A program made the position numbers and the translations under genes. Positions 40,305-55,012 of a DNA stretch of 64,000 nucleotides are shown here, in pieces; the first letter of the stretch is position 1; the number at the start of each line of letters is the position of its first letter. This stretch comes from Macrostomum hystrix. Lineage: Eukaryota > Animalia > Platyhelminthes. Below the pieces are notes generated by a model, which saw nothing but the letters and a program-made list of their open reading frames with translations, was not told the origin of the DNA and did not search any database. The stretch is from contig CATNEN010000015.1 of the NCBI GenBank assembly GCA_950097015.1, positions 1,674,001 through 1,738,000 of the forward strand, given 5' to 3'.

Positions 40305-43300
40305 TATGGTCCTAGGTATACTAATGGATATGGTCCTAGATATACTGTTGGATATGGTCCTAGATATACTGTTGGATATGGTCCTAGGTATACTGATGGA
40401 TATGGTCCTAGGTATACTGATGGATATGGTCCTAGATATACTGATGGATATGGTCCTAGGTATACTGATGGATATGGTCCTAGGTATACTGATGGATATG
40501 GTCCTAGATATACTGTTGGATATGGTCCTAGATATACTGTTGGATATGGTCCTAGGTATACTGATGGATATGGTCCTAGATATACTGATGGATATGGTCC
40601 TAGGTATACTGATGGATATGGTCCTAGATATACTGATGGATATGGTCCTAGGTATACTGATGGATATGGTCCTAGGTATACTGATGGATATGGTCCTAGA
40701 TATACTGTTGGATATGGTCCTAGATATACTGTTGGATATGGTCCTAGGTATACTGATGGATATGGTCCTAGATATACTGATGGATATGGTCCTAGGTATA
40801 CTGATGGATATGGTCCTAGATATACTGTTGGATATGGTCCTAGGTATACTGTTGGATATGGTCCTAGGTATACTGATGGATATAGTCCTAGGTATACTGT
40901 TGGATATGGTCCTAGGTATACTGATGGATATGGTCCTAGGTATACTGATGGATATGGTCCTAGGTATACTGATGGATATGGTCCTAGGTATACTGATGGA
41001 TATGGTCCTAGATATACTGATGGATATGGTCCTAGATATACTGTTGGATATGGTCCTAGGTATACTGATGGATATGGTCCTAGATATACTGTTGGATATG
41101 GTCCTAGATATACTGATGGATATGGTCCTAGGTATACTGATGGATATGGTCCTAGGTATACTGATGGATATGGTCCTAGATATACTGTTGGATATGGTCC
41201 TAGATATACTGTTGGATATGGTCCTAGGTATACTGATGGATATGGTCCTAGGTATACTGATGGATATGGTCCTAGGTATACTGATGGATATGGTCCTAGA
41301 TATACTGTTGGATATGGTCCTAGATATACTGTTGGATATGGTCCTAGGTATACTGATGGATATGGTCCTAGATATACTGATGGATATGGTCCTAGATATA
41401 CTGATGGATATGGTCCTAGATATACTGTTGGATATGGTCCTAGGTATACTGTTGGATATGGTCCTAGGTATACTGTTGGATATGGTCCTAGGTATACTGT
41501 TGGATATGGTCCTAGGTATACTGATGGATATGGTCCTAGATATACTGATGGATATGGTCCTAGATATACTGATGGATATGGTCCTAGATATACTGTTGGA
41601 TATGGTCCTAAGTATACGGATGGTTATGGCCTTGATATACTGTTGCGTATGGCCTAGGTATACTTTAGGGTATGGCCTAGGTATACTGATGGGTATGGCC
41701 TAGGTATACTGATGGGTATGGCCTAGGTATACTGATGGGTATGGCCTAGGTATACTGATGGGTATGGCCTAGGTATACTTTAGGATATGGCCTAGGTATA
41801 CTTTAGGATATGGCCTAGATATACTGATGGATATGGCCTCGGTATACTGATGGGTATGGCCTAGGTATACTGATGGGTATGGCCTAGGTATACTGATGGG
41901 TATGGCCTAGGTATACTGATGGGTATGGCCTAGGTATACTTTAGGATATGGCCTAGGTATACTTTAGGATATGGCCTAGATATACTGATGGATATGGTCC
42001 TAGGTATACTGTTGGATATGGTCCTAGGTATACTGATGGGTATGGCCTAGGTATACTGATGGGTATGGCCTAGGTATACTGATGGGTATGGCCTAGATAT
42101 ACTGATGGATATGGCCTAGGTATACTGATGGGTATGGCCTAGGTATACTGATGGGTATGGCCTAGATATACTGATGGGTATGGCCTAGGTATACTGTTGG
42201 GTATGGCCTAGGTATACTTATGGATATGGCCTAGATATACTGATGGATATGGCCTAGGTATACTGATGGGTATGGCCTAGGTATACTGATGGGTATGGCC
42301 TAGATATACTGATGGGTATGGCCTACGTATACTGATGGGTATGGCCTAGGTATACTGATGGATATGGTCCTAGGTATACTGATGGATATGGTCCTAGATA
42401 TACTGTTGGATATGGTCCTAGATATACTGTTGGATATGGTCCTAGGTATACTGTTGGATATGGTCCTAGGTATACTGATGGGTATGGCCTAGGTATACTG
42501 ATGGGTATGGCCTAGGTATACTGTTGGGTATGGCCTAGGTATACTTATGGATATGGCCTAGATATACTGATGGATATGGCCTAGGTATACTTATGGATAT
42601 GGCCTAGATATACTTATGGATATGGCCTAGATATACTGATGGATATGGCCTAGGTATACTGATGGGTATGGCCTAGGTATACTGATGGGTATGGCCTAGA
42701 TATACTGATGGGTATGGCCTAGGTATACTGATGGGTATGGCCTAGGTATACTGTTGGGTATGGCCTAGGTATACTTATGGATATGGCCTAGATATACTGA
42801 TGGGTATGGCCTAGATATACTGATGGGTATGGCCTACGTATACTGATGGGTATGGCCTAGGTATACTGATGGATATGGTCCTAGGTATACTGATGGATAT
42901 GGTCCTAGATATACTGTTGGATATGGTCCTAGATATACTGTTGGATATGGTCCTAGGTATACTGTTGGATATGGTCCTAGGTATACTGATGGGTATGGCC
43001 TAGGTATACTGATGGGTATGGCCTAGGTATACTGTTGGGTATGGCCTAGGTATACTTATGGATATGGCCTAGATATACTGATGGATATGGCCTAGGTATA
43101 CTTATGGATATGGCCTAGATATACTTATGGATATGGCCTAGATATACTGATGGATATGGCCTAGGTATACTGATGGGTATGGCCTAGGTATACTGATGGG
43201 TATGGCCTAGATATACTGATGGGTATGGCCTAGGTATACTGATGGGTATGGCCTAGATATACTGATGGGTATGGCCTAGGTATACTGATGGATATGGCCT

Positions 43301-43385
43301 AGATATACTGATGGGTATGGCCTAGGTATACTGATGGGTATGGCCTAGGTATACTGATGGGTATGGCCTAGGTATACCGTAGGGT
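40305..43385. repeat. 24-bp/23-bp minisatellite containing CCTAGG and GTATAC
   Basis: GGATATGGTCCTAGGTATACTGAT to about 41620, then mostly GGTATGGCCTAGGTATACTGATG. Confidence 0.97.
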
Positions 43386-44057
43386 ATGGCCTAGAGTGTG
43401 GGCCTAGAGTTTGGCTGAAGTGTGGTATCCTAGCCGGATAGCTGGTCTAGGAACAAGCCTATCTTCTTTCACGAGAGACAGAAGTATACGCGGCGCAGAG
43501 TTCGATCCTTCCACCGGCTCGGCCTCACAGCCGGCTGTCAATTCCAAATCTGGACTCCGAATCAATAATCAATGATTCAACGCGGCGTGAACTGAAGCCA
43601 ACGCCTGCTGTTGCCTTCTCCATCTTATACTGCTGTACTCTGTAATCCTGTTACAGAGTCGCAGATTGTTAGACTAATTCCTTTCATCTCTGTGAGCTGT
43701 AACTCCCAGTTAGTCTTATCTCTGTGCCTTGTTTCGCTCGCTCTCTGAGCAGGCCTTCCAGTTGGTTGAGCAGCTGCCTGATTTGCCCTTTCAGCAGTAG
43801 CTCAAAGTGCGCCTGATCGATGCTGTGGGATGCGGTGCCGTCCGCCTCCGTTGTCTTTGGTTACGACGCGTTTTGTCGATCTCTGCTTTAGGGTTTTTCT
43901 CGATTTGATAATAAAACCCTAACTTGTTCAATTAGTTAGGGGTGCACAAACGATAAAATGCTTGTTCGAAATATAGAGTTAGAAGATTCTATCGATTCCA
44001 ACAGCGGTCAGTCCCCAGTCTATCACTAACTGTTTACTTCAATCCACCATTGAAACT

Positions 44058-47000
44058 TCCCTATCCACTCCTATCTAGTGTTTATCCTACCCTATCCACT
44101 CCTATCTAGTGTTTATCCTACCCTATCCACTCCTATCTAGTGTTTATCCTACCCTATCCACTCCTATCTAGTGTTTTTCCTACCCTATTCACTTCTATCT
44201 ACAGTTTATCCTACCCTATCCACTTCTATCTACTGTTTATCCTACCCTATCCACTCCTATCTAGTGTTTTTCCTACCCTATCCACTCCTATCTACTGTTT
44301 TTCCTACCCTATTCACTTCTATCTAGTGTTTTTCCTACCCTATCCACTCCTATCTACTGTTTTTCCTACCCTATCCACTCCTATCTAGTGTTTTTCCTAC
44401 CCTATTCACTTCTATCTACTGTTTTTCCTACCCTATTCACTTCTATCTACTGTTTTTCCTACCCTATCCACTCCTATCTACTGTTTTTCCTACCCTATTC
44501 ACTTCTATCTACTGTTTTTCCTACCCTATTCACTTCTATCTACTGTTTTTCCTACCCTATTCACTTCTATCTACTGTTTTTCCTACCCTATCCACTCCTA
44601 TCTACTGTTTTTCCTACCCTATTCACTTCTATCTAGTGTTTTTCCTACCCTATCCACTCCTATCTACTGTTTTTCCTACCCTATCCACTCCTATCTACTG
44701 TTTTTCCTACTCTATCCACTCCTATCTACTGTTTTTCCTACCCTATTCACTTCTATCTACTGTTTTTCCTACCCTATCCACTTCTATCTACTGTTTTTCC
44801 TACCCTATCCACTCCTATCTACTGTTTTTCCTACCCTATTCACTTCTATCTACTGTTTTTCCTACCCTATTCACTTCTATCTACTGTTTTTCCTACCCTA
44901 TCCACTCCTATCTAGTGTTTATCCTACCCTATCCACTCCTATCTAGTGTTTATCCTACCCTATCCACTCCTATCTAGTGTTTATCCTACCCTATCCACTC
45001 CTATCTAGTGTTTATCCTACCCTATCCACTCCTATCTAGTGTTTTTCCTACCCTATTCACTTCTATCTAGTGTTTTTCCTACCCTATCCACTCCTATCTA
45101 CTGTTTTTCCTACCCTATTCACTTCTATCTACTGTTTTTCCTACCCTATCCACTTCTATCTACTGTTTTTCCTACCCTATCCACTCCTATCTACTGTTTT
45201 TCCTACCCTATTCACTTCTATCTAGTGTTTTTCCTACCCTATCCACTCCTATCTACTGTTTTTCCTTCCCTATTCACTTCTATCTACTGTTTTTCCTACC
45301 CTATCCACTTCTATCTACTGTTTTTCCTACCCTATCCACTCCTATCTACTGTTTATCCTACCCTATTTACTTCTATCTAGTGTTTTTCCTACCCTATCCA
45401 CTCCTATCTACTGTTTTTCCTACCCTATTCACTTCTATCTACTGTTTTTCCTACCCTATCCACTTCTATCTACTGTTTTTCCTACCCTATCCACTCCTAT
45501 CTACTGTTTTTCCTACCCTATTCACTTCTATCTAGTGTTTTTCCTACCCTATCCACTCCTATCTACTGTTTTTCCTACCCTATTCACTTCTATCTACTGT
45601 TTTTCCTACCCTATTCACTTCTATCTACTGTTTTTCCTACCCTATTCACTTCTATCTACTGTTTTTCCTACCCTATCCACTTCTATCTACTGTTTTTCCT
45701 ACCCTATCCACTCCTATCTACTGTTTTTCCTACCCTATTCACTTCTATCTACTGTTTTTCCTACCCTATCCACTCCTATCTAGTGTTTTTCCTACCCTAT
45801 CCACTCCTATCTACTGTTTTTCCTACCCTATCCACTTCTATCTACTGTTTTTCCTACCCTATCCACTTCTATCTACTGTTTTTCCTACCCTATCCACTCC
45901 TATCTACTGTTTATCCTACCCTATTTACTTCTATCTACTGTTTTTCCTACCCTATTCACTTCTATCTAGTGTTTTTCCTACCCTATCCGCTCCTATCTAC
46001 TGTTTATCCTACCCTATTCACTTCTATCTACTGTTTATCCTACCCTATCCACTTCTATCTAGTGTTTTTCCTACCCTATCCACTCCTATCTTCTGTTTAT
46101 CCTACCCTATCCACTTCTATCTAGTGTTTTTCCTACCCTATTCACTTCTATCTACTGTTTTTCCTACCCTATCCACTTCTATCTACTGTTTTTCCTACCC
46201 TATTCACTTCTATCTAGTGTTTATCCTACCCTATCCACTCCTATCTACTGTTTTTCCTACCCTATTCACTTCTATCTAGTGTTTTTCCTACCCTATCCAC
46301 TCCTATCTACTGTTTATCCTACCCTATTCACTTCTATCTACTGTTTATCCTACCCTATCCACTTCTATCTAGTGTTTTTCCTACCCTATCCACTCCTATC
46401 TTCTGTTTATCCTACCCTATCCACTTCTATCTAGTGTTTTTCCTACCCTATTCACTTCTATCTACTGTTTTTCCTACCCTATCCACTTCTATCTACTGTT
46501 TTTCCTACCCTATCCACTCCTATCTACTGTTTATCCTACCCTATTTACTTCTATCTACTGTTTTTCCTACCCTATTCACTTCTATCTAGTGTTTATCCTA
46601 CCCTATCCACTTCTATCTAGTGTTTTTCCTACCCTATTCACTTCTATCTACTGTTTTTCCTACCCTATCCACTTCTATCTACTGTTTTTCCTACCCTATC
46701 CACTCCTATCTACTGTTTATCCTACCCTATTTACTTCTATCTACTGTTTTTCCTACCCTATTCACTTCTATCTAGTGTTTTTCCTACCCTATTCACTTCT
46801 ATCTACTGTTTTTCCTACCCTATTCACTTCTATCTACTGTTTTTCCTACCCTATTCACTTCTATCTAGTGTTTATCCTACCCTATCCACTTCTATCTAGT
46901 GTTTTTCTTACCCTATTCACTTCTATCTACTGTTTTTCCTACCCTATCCACTTCTATCTACTGTTTTTCCTACCCTATCCACTCCTATCTACTGTTTATC

Positions 47001-47890
47001 CTACCCTATTTACTTCTATCTACTGTTTTTCCTACCCTATTCACTTCTATCTAGTGTTTTTCCTACCCTATCCACTCCTATCTACTGTTTATCCTACCCT
47101 ATTCACTTCTATCTACTGTTTTTCCTACCCTATCCACTTCTATCTACTGTTTTTCCTACCCTATCCACTTCTATCTACTGTTTTTCCTACCCTATCCACT
47201 TCTATCTACTGTTTTTCCTACCCTATCCACTTCTATCTACTGTTTTTCCTACCCTATTCACTTCTATTTACTGTTTATCCTACCCTATTCACTTCTATCT
47301 ACTGTTTTTCCTACCCTATTCACTTCTATCTACTGTTTATCCTACCCTATCCACTTCTATCTACTGTTTTTCCTACCCTATCCACTTCTATCTACTGTTT
47401 ATCCTACCCTATCCACTTCTATCTACTGTTTATCCTACCCTATTCACTTCTATCTACTGTTTTTCCTACCCTATTCACTTCTATCTACTGTTTATCCTAC
47501 CCTATCCACTTCTATCTACTGTTTATCCTACCCTATCCACTTCTATCTACTGTTTTTCCTACCCTATTCACTTCTATCTACTGTTTATCCTACCCTATCC
47601 ACTTCTATCTACTGTTTATCCTACCCTATCCACTCCTATCTACTGTTTATCCTACCCTATCCACTTCTATCTACTGTTTATCCTACCCTATCCACTTCTA
47701 TCTACTGTTTATCCTACCCTATTCACTTCTATCTACTGTTTGTCCTACCCTATCCACTTCTATCTACTGTTTATCCTACCCTATCCACTTCTATCTACTG
47801 TTTTTCCTACCCTATCCACTTCTATCTACTGTTTATCCTACCCTATTTACTTCTATTTACTGTTTATCTTACCCTATCCACCTCTATCGA
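44058..47890. repeat. 31-bp pyrimidine-rich minisatellite
   Basis: More than 100 copies of CTACCCTATCCACTCCTATCTAGTGTTTATC and variants. Confidence 0.97.
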
Positions 47891-48744
47891 CTGTCCCTGC
47901 TTCCTAATCTATTTCTGTCCACAGCGCTACATTCTGAATCTATTTTCTGCCTCCTCGTGAAAGAGAAGCCGCGATTTCTCGTCTTATTCGTTGCTTGCTA
48001 CACTTGCAGGATAATTTGTTCAGAATCTTCTTTGACGCATCGCCTTTTTTGGAAGCAAAGACAAATAGCTACTAGAGAAATTTTAGTCGATTTATTAAAT
48101 AGGATCTGGGATGTAAATGGATCGGAGTCTGGACTCGTAGCTGATGGAGAAGCGGTGTCCAGAGTCTGCCAATTCCGTCTGTTCCTAAGCCCCAGAGTAG
48201 ACTCAGTTTTGAGACTAAAATCCTTTTGATTCTTTTTCTACGCTTTGCTTATTTTCGGCCGAGATCGATGACTGCACTCATCCGATTGCGACGAGTACTC
48301 ACATTGCCCCATCATAATGAGATTATCTGTGAGAAATAGTGCCCGCAGTTTTTATTTATTTATTTCTAACGTTCTTGGAAAAAATTCCATAGTCAAATTC
48401 TGCTACCCATTCCAGCCTTTTCGTCCTTTGCCCACAGGGCACTTGGTTCCAGGCTTTTCCCAGATATTCCTAGAATCAGAGAAGCAGATTCACTCACTTC
48501 CTCCCGCAGAAGATTTCATTTTCTAGTCTGCTGCCTGGCGGGATTTCGGGTTTTTGCCCCAGGTTGGCTTCAGATTATCAATAGTGCGGACCGATTAGCT
48601 TAGACTCGCAGCTACTCACCAAGTACAGTCGCTCTTTAAACTTTTCCTAAAAACAACTTTTAGAATAGAAAGTTTTAATTATTTAGAGAATCAAAGTGCA
48701 AACTTGTGGCTTCTTTCTTGTAGTGGATTTGTCTTCTGAAGGCC

Positions 48745-49385
48745 ATTCACCTTTTATCCACCTTATCTGCTTCTATCCATCCGTTTATCCTTCCTTATCT
48801 GATTCTATCCATCCGTGTATCCTTCCCTATCTGATTCTATCCATCCGTGTATCCTTCCTTATCTGCCTCTATCCATCCGTTTATCCTTCCCTATCTGCTT
48901 CTATCCATCCGTTTATCCTTCCCTATCTGCTTCTATCCATCCGTTTATCCTTCCCTATCTGCTGCTATCCATCCGTTTATCCTTCCCTATCTGCTTCTAT
49001 CCATCCGTTTATCCTTCCCTATCTGCTTCTATCCATCCGTTTATCCTAATTCCTTATCTGCTTCTATCCATCCGTTGATCCTTCCCTATCTGCTTCTATC
49101 CATCCGTTTATCCTTCCTTATCTGCTTCTATCCATCCGTTTATTCTTCCTTATCTGCTTCTATCCATCCGTTTATCCTTCCCTATCTGCTTCTATCCATC
49201 CTTTTATCCTTCCTTATCTGCTTCTATCCATCCGTTTGTCCTTCCTTATCTGCTTCTATCCATCCGTTTATCCTTCCTTATCTGCTTCTATCCATCCGTT
49301 TGTCCTTCCCTATCTGCTTCTACGCTCGTACACCACCTATACCACGTCTATCCGTCTATATCTACTTCTATCCATCGTCTACCCT
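48745..49385. repeat. 32-bp pyrimidine-rich minisatellite related to the 31-bp array
   Basis: ATCCTTCCCTATCTGCTTCTATCCATCCGTTT. Confidence 0.93.
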
Positions 49386-49849
49386 TCTATCTATTCTAGC
49401 GTCTATGTATAAAATCAATCCAACTGCTCATTTATTCCAAAGTGATTTAGAAATAGTCTACTTTAGATTCCTGTTCGCTGCTTTCTTTTTAAACTCATTT
49501 GGACCGCTCTTGTCTTAGCCTAATTAAGTTTCTGAAAGATCTTGATGGTTAGGTGGGGAACATTTTTTGTCATAGTTACTCTGAGAGTTTACCTTTAGCA
49601 AAGTTGAAATTGTCTCATGTTCCAGCACCCGCCCGCTAATTTTCGTTGATGTCTTTGGCCAGCATTGGTCCCGGCCGCTTCTTGGCCGCCTCGGCCGCTG
49701 GAACAGCATCCGCTCGTGCGGCCTGCGCCTGTCTCAACGTTGACCTCCTGCTGAACACCTCAGCTGGACTCGATGGAGACGACAGGCACCGGCTGATGAT
49801 CGCTGAGCTCAATGCTGCAGGTAACGATGCCAGTCATGGGGTGTTCAGG

Positions 49850-50215
49850 TATTGTGTACATGCTTGGTTAACCTGTGTAAATGCTTGGTTAACCTGTGTA
49901 AATGCTTGGTTAACCTGTGTACATGCTTGGTTAACCTGTGTACATGCTTGGTGTACCTGTGTACATGCTCGGTTAACCTGTGTACATGCTTGGTTAACCG
50001 GTGTACATGCTTAGTGTACCTGTGTACATGCTTGGTGTACCTTTGTACATGCTTGGTGTACCTGTGTACATTCTTGGTTAACCTGTGTACATACTTGGTG
50101 TACCTGTGTACATGCTTGGTGTACCTGTGTACATGCTTGGTGTACCTGTGTACATGCTTGGTGTACCTGTGTACATGCTTGGTGTACCTGTGTACTATGC
50201 TTGTTGTACCTGTGT
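49850..50215. repeat. 21-bp minisatellite
   Basis: TGTGTACATGCTTGGTTAACC grading into TGTGTACATGCTTGGTGTACC. Confidence 0.95.
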
Positions 50216-50799
50216 GCATATTCTACACAATTCTACAGCTGCTAACTGATTTAAAATGCACTTAAAACTTAGTTTTTTAAAAGATAATTTTCTGCTTGCC
50301 TGACATCTTCCTGGGCATATGTGAGGCGTGAATAACTTCAAAAGGTTTGGCCAAAATTTCATAGCCGGGTCCTAGGTTACTCTTTGATTCATCTGTGGTC
50401 TTTATTTTTTGTGAAGCGTTCTACCTTTCAACATTTGCACCTGACTCGCGTTGTCTTAATAATCAGAACCTCTCGCGTTTTCCTTATTTTTCTTTTCTCT
50501 TGTCAGAGCGAGAGATTTTGATTTTCAAAGTAGCTTTTTTAAGAATGAATCCTTTTGACCAGTGTGTTCATGTGGGATGGTTGCTATACAGTTGTCTGGG
50601 GTGCTTCCATATCCTTTGAAGTCTTCTTCTTTGACTGGTTGTCACTGATTCCATTTTGAGTTTTCACTTTTGCACAGATTAGTTTCACCTCTTTCCGATC
50701 CAAGTTGCTTTTCCAACTCCTCTATATTGCTTGTCATAAACTATTTTTTTCACCTAATTTACTATTATCCTTAGCTCTCTCACTTCTCATATTACTAAT

Positions 50800-51100
50800 C
50801 TCTTTGTCTCTCCTGGCTCATATCTCTTCTCTCCTGTCTCCTATCTCTTCTCTCCTGTCTCATATCTCTTCTCTCCTGTCTCCTATCTCTTCTCTCCTGT
50901 CTCCTATCTCTTCTCTCCTGTCTCCTATCTCTTCTCTCCTGTCTCCTATCTCTTCTCTCCTGTCTCCTATCTCTTCTCTCCTGTCTCCTATCTCTTCTCT
51001 CCTGTCTCCTATCTCTTCTCTCCTGTCTCCTATCTCTTCTCTCCTGTTTCCTATCTCTTCTCTCCTGTCTTATATCCCTTCTCTCCTGTCTCATAATCTC
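50800..51100. repeat. 21-bp pyrimidine-rich minisatellite
   Basis: CTCCTGTCTCCTATCTCTTCT. Confidence 0.95.
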
Positions 51101-51689
51101 TTCGTATCTCTTCTCATTTCTCATATCGCACATCTTTCTACTCATAACTCATCCTACTATCTCTCACTAATATATCTTTTATCCCTGTATCTCTTTGGTT
51201 CCAACCTATTAAAAAAATAGCTTTCAGAGTCCAATAATAATGCCTCACTTCTGTCCACAATGTCCACATCATTGGGTCGCTGAGTTTCATGTTTCCAGCA
51301 GTTGAGTTTCAGCTTTAATTCGTGCTCTAAAAACATTTTTATTGTGACAAGTTAGAATTTGTAGTAATTTTCATTTGAGCTCTGCTGACTGACTCCCATC
51401 CATCCCAGACTGCTCAAACTGAATCATTTTGGCATCAAATTTGACCTCGTATGAGAACAGCCTGTGCGTGCTGTCTGTCTGCAGTGATTGATGCTGTCAA
51501 TACTGTGTAGCTTACAGTGAGCTCACAGTTCTCATATCACTGAGTAATCTTAAAAATATAATAGACTGCTTCAGTGATGTTGCCTAGTTAAAGTACAACA
51601 GCTCTGCATCGCGTGTTTTTGTGAATGTAAAAAACATTTTTTTACAATCTCTGTGAAACAAAATTGAAAAAACTCTGCGGAAACTTGAA

Positions 51690-53505
51690 GGATTTGAGGC
51701 TGCAGTAGCTTCAGCTGACTGACGGATGTGAGGCTGCAGTAGCTTCAGCTGACTGACGGATGTGAGGCTGCAGTAGCTTCAGCTGACTGAAGGATGTGAG
51801 GCTGCAGTAGCTTCAGCTGACTGACGGATGTGAGGCTGCAGTAGCTTCAGCTGACTGACGGATGTGAGGCTGCAGTAGCTTCAGCTGACTGACGGATGTG
51901 AGGCTGCAGTAGCTTCAGCTGACTGAAGGATATGGGGCTGCAGTAGCTTCAGCTGACTGAAGGATGTGAGGCTGCAGTAGCTTCAGCTGACTGAAGGATA
52001 TGGGGCTGCAGTAGCTTCAGCTGACTGAAGGATGTGTGGGGCTGCAGTAGCTTCAGCTGACTGAAGGATATGGGGCTGCAGTAGCTTCAGCTGACTGAAG
52101 GATGTGTGAGGCTGCAGTAGCTTCAGCTGACTGAAGGATATGGGGCTGCAGTAGCTTCAGCTGACTGAAGGATATGGGGCTGCAGTAGCTTCAGCTGACT
52201 GAAGGATGTGAGGCTGCAGTAGCTTCAGCTGACTGAAGGATATGGGGCTGCAGTAGCTTCAGCTGACTGAAGGATATGGGGCTGCAGTAGCTTCAGCTGA
52301 CTGAAGGATATGGGGCTGCAGTAGCTTCAGCTGACTGAAGGATATGGGGCTGCAGTAGCTTCAGCTGACTGAAGGATATGGGGCTGCAGTAGCTTCAGCT
52401 GACTGAAGGATATGGGGCTGCAGTAGCTTCAGCTGACTGAAGGATTTGAGGCTGCAGTAGCTTCAGCTGACTGACGGATGTGAGGCTGCAGTAGCTTCAG
52501 CTGACTGACGGATGTGAGGCTGCAGTAGCTTCAGCTGACTGACGGATTTGAGGCTGCAGTAGCTTCAGCTGACTGACGGATGTGAGGCTGCAGTAGCTTC
52601 AGCTGACTGAAGGATGTGAGGCTGCAGTAGCTTCAGCTGACTGACGGATGTGAGGCTGCAGTAGCTTCAGCTGACTGACGGATGTGAGGCTGCAGTAGCT
52701 TCAGCTGACTGACGGATGTGAGGCTGCAGTAGCTTCAGCTGACTGAAGGATATGGGGCTGCAGTAGCTTCAGCTGACTGAAGGATGTGAGGCTGCAGTAG
52801 CTTCAGCTGACTGAAGGATATGGGGCTGCAGTAGCTTCAGCTGACTGAAGGATGTGTGGGGCTGCAGTAGCTTCAGCTGACTGAAGGATATGGGGCTGCA
52901 GTAGCTTCAGCTGACTGAAGGATGTGTGAGGCTGCAGTAGCTTCAGCTGACTGAAGGATATGGGGCTGCAGTAGCTTCAGCTGACTGAAGGATATGGGGC
53001 TGCAGTAGCTTCAGCTGACTGAAGGATGTGAGGCTGCAGTAGCTTCAGCTGACTGAAGGATATGGGGCTGCAGTAGCTTCAGCTGACTGAAGGATATGGG
53101 GCTGCAGTAGCTTCAGCTGACTGAAGGATATGGGGCTGCAGTAGCTTCAGCTGACTGAAGGATATGGGGCTGCAGTAGCTTCAGCTGACTGAAGGATATG
53201 GGGCTGCAGTAGCTTCAGCTGACTGAAGGATGTGTGGGGCTGCAGTAGCTTCAGCTGACTGAAGGATATGGGGCTGCAGTAGCTTCAGCTGACTGAAGGA
53301 TGTGTGAGGCTGCAGTAGCTTCAGCTGACTGAAGGATGTGTGGGGCTGCAGTAGCTTCAGCTGACTGAAGGATGTGTGGGGCTGCAGTAGCTTCAGCTGA
53401 CTGAAGGATGTGTGGGGCTGCAGTAGCTTCAGCTGACTGAAGGATGTGTGGGGCTGCAGTAGCTTCAGCTGACTGAAGGATGTGTGGGGCTGCAGTAGCT
53501 GCAGT
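51690..53505. repeat. 34/36-bp minisatellite with an internal 820-bp duplication
   Basis: GAGGCTGCAGTAGCTTCAGCTGACTGA(A/C)GGATGT. Variant units recur at 52031/52851 and 52101/52921. Confidence 0.97.
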
Positions 53506-53568
53506 TTTCAATGCTAGTCTAAGTATGCTAATATGCTAAACAAGCAATCGTTTGTCTCATTCACCGCA

Positions 53569-53992
53569 GACGCAAGTATTGTGACAGCCAAGCCTTATCT
53601 ACCTGTGCTAATCAACTTACCCGGCGGTCACACCTGGCTAGCAAATTCAATTGATCAGGACTGGAACAGCGCCCTGATCAGGCCGTCAGGTGCATCTTCA
53701 GCTCATGATTGCATCGAATCAGCAGCTCAGGTTGAAGCTGTGAGCAGCGCGAATGCTCCATCGTCAGTGGCCTACTCGGACCTGACCGAGTCCTTACCAG
53801 CAACAGCCGGCGACTCGCTGAAGGTTTTCGCTTGCAGACTGTGCCACACTCGCTGTTTTCTGTACAGAGCCATGGATCGAGAAGCGCTGAAAGGATCTGG
53901 GAACCAGGAACAGTTGCCTGCGCTGCTCCTAGGAGACGCATTGGTGAGCACTTATTGCTTCAGGTCTTCTCAATGCTTTATTGGCCTTGTGC
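53569..53992 (+). other. Candidate coding exon(s) of an unidentified gene between two arrays
   Basis: Acceptor-like TTCACCGCAG, an open frame of about 140 codons (DASIVTAKPYLPVLINLPGG...), and donor-like TTG|GTGAGC. No family recognised. Confidence 0.35.
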
Positions 53993-54014
53993 TGTTGGCA
54001 AGGAGACTGAATTT

Positions 54015-54708
54015 TTAGATAGGGCAGCTTCAGCAGACTGAAGTTCAGAGATGGGGCAGCTTCAGCAGACTGGAGTTCAGAGATAGGGCAGCTTCAGCAG
54101 ACTGGAGTTCAGAGATAGGGCAGCTTCAGCAGACTGAATTTTTAGATAGGGCAGCTTCAGCAGACTGAATTTTTAGATAGGGCAGCTTCAGCAGACTGAA
54201 GTTCAGAGATGGGGCAGCTTCAGCAGACTGGAGTTCAGAGATGGGGCAGCTTCAGCAGACTGAAGTTCAGAGATGGGGCAGCTTCAGCAGACTGGAGTTC
54301 AGAGATGGGGCAGCTTCAGCAGACTAAAGTTCAGAGATGGGGCAGCTTCAGCAGACTGGAGTTCAGAGATGGGGCAGCTTCAGCAGACTAAAGTTCAGAG
54401 ATGGGGCAGCTTCAGCAGACTGAAGTTCAGAGATGGGGCAGCTTCAGCAGACTGAAGTTCAGAGATGGGGCAGCTTCAGCAGACTGAAGTTCAGAGATGG
54501 GTCAGCTTCAGCAGACTGAAGTTCAGAGATGGGGCAGCTTCAGCAGACTGAAGTTCAGAGATGGGGCAGCTTCAGCAGACTGAAGTTCAGAGATGGGGCA
54601 GCTTTAGCAGACTGAAGTTCAGAGATGGGGCAGCTTCAGCAGACTGAAGTTCAGAGATGGGGCAGCTTCAGCAGACTGAAGTTCAGAGATGGGGCAGCTT
54701 CAGCAGGG
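54015..54708. repeat. 32-bp minisatellite related to the 34-bp array
   Basis: GATGGGGCAGCTTCAGCAGACTGAAGTTCAGA. Confidence 0.95.
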
Positions 54709-55012
54709 AACTTAGCAGTGGGATGTCTGCCAGGTCAATGAATTTCATATCCCTGATATGAGTAAAACTGCTCGCATTGAATCAGGCAGTTTATTTCTTG
54801 AGCCTGCTTTTACTATGGGATTATAATATCTGCCCACTATGCTAATATCGCTGTGATTGTCTCTTGTGGGTGCCGTGCAGCGTGGTCGAAGCCCGAATGT
54901 TTTGTGTGCAATAAAATGTGTGTACTGTAGTACTTCATAGTCCTGGATGCAGTGAAATCTGTACAATTCAGTGCCTCTGCTTGACTCTTAGAAGACATTA
55001 AATCGACCTGTT

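Noticed and set aside
40281-41703. Long ORFs (DGYGPRYT)n and (MDMVLGIL)n
   Set aside because: Both are products of a stop-free 24-bp satellite. The frame collapses when units become 23 bp, and there is no signal peptide or unique domain.
51690-54708. CRISPR-like appearance of 32-36-bp palindromic repeats
   Set aside because: The units are head-to-tail with no unique spacers, there are no cas genes, and the context is eukaryotic.
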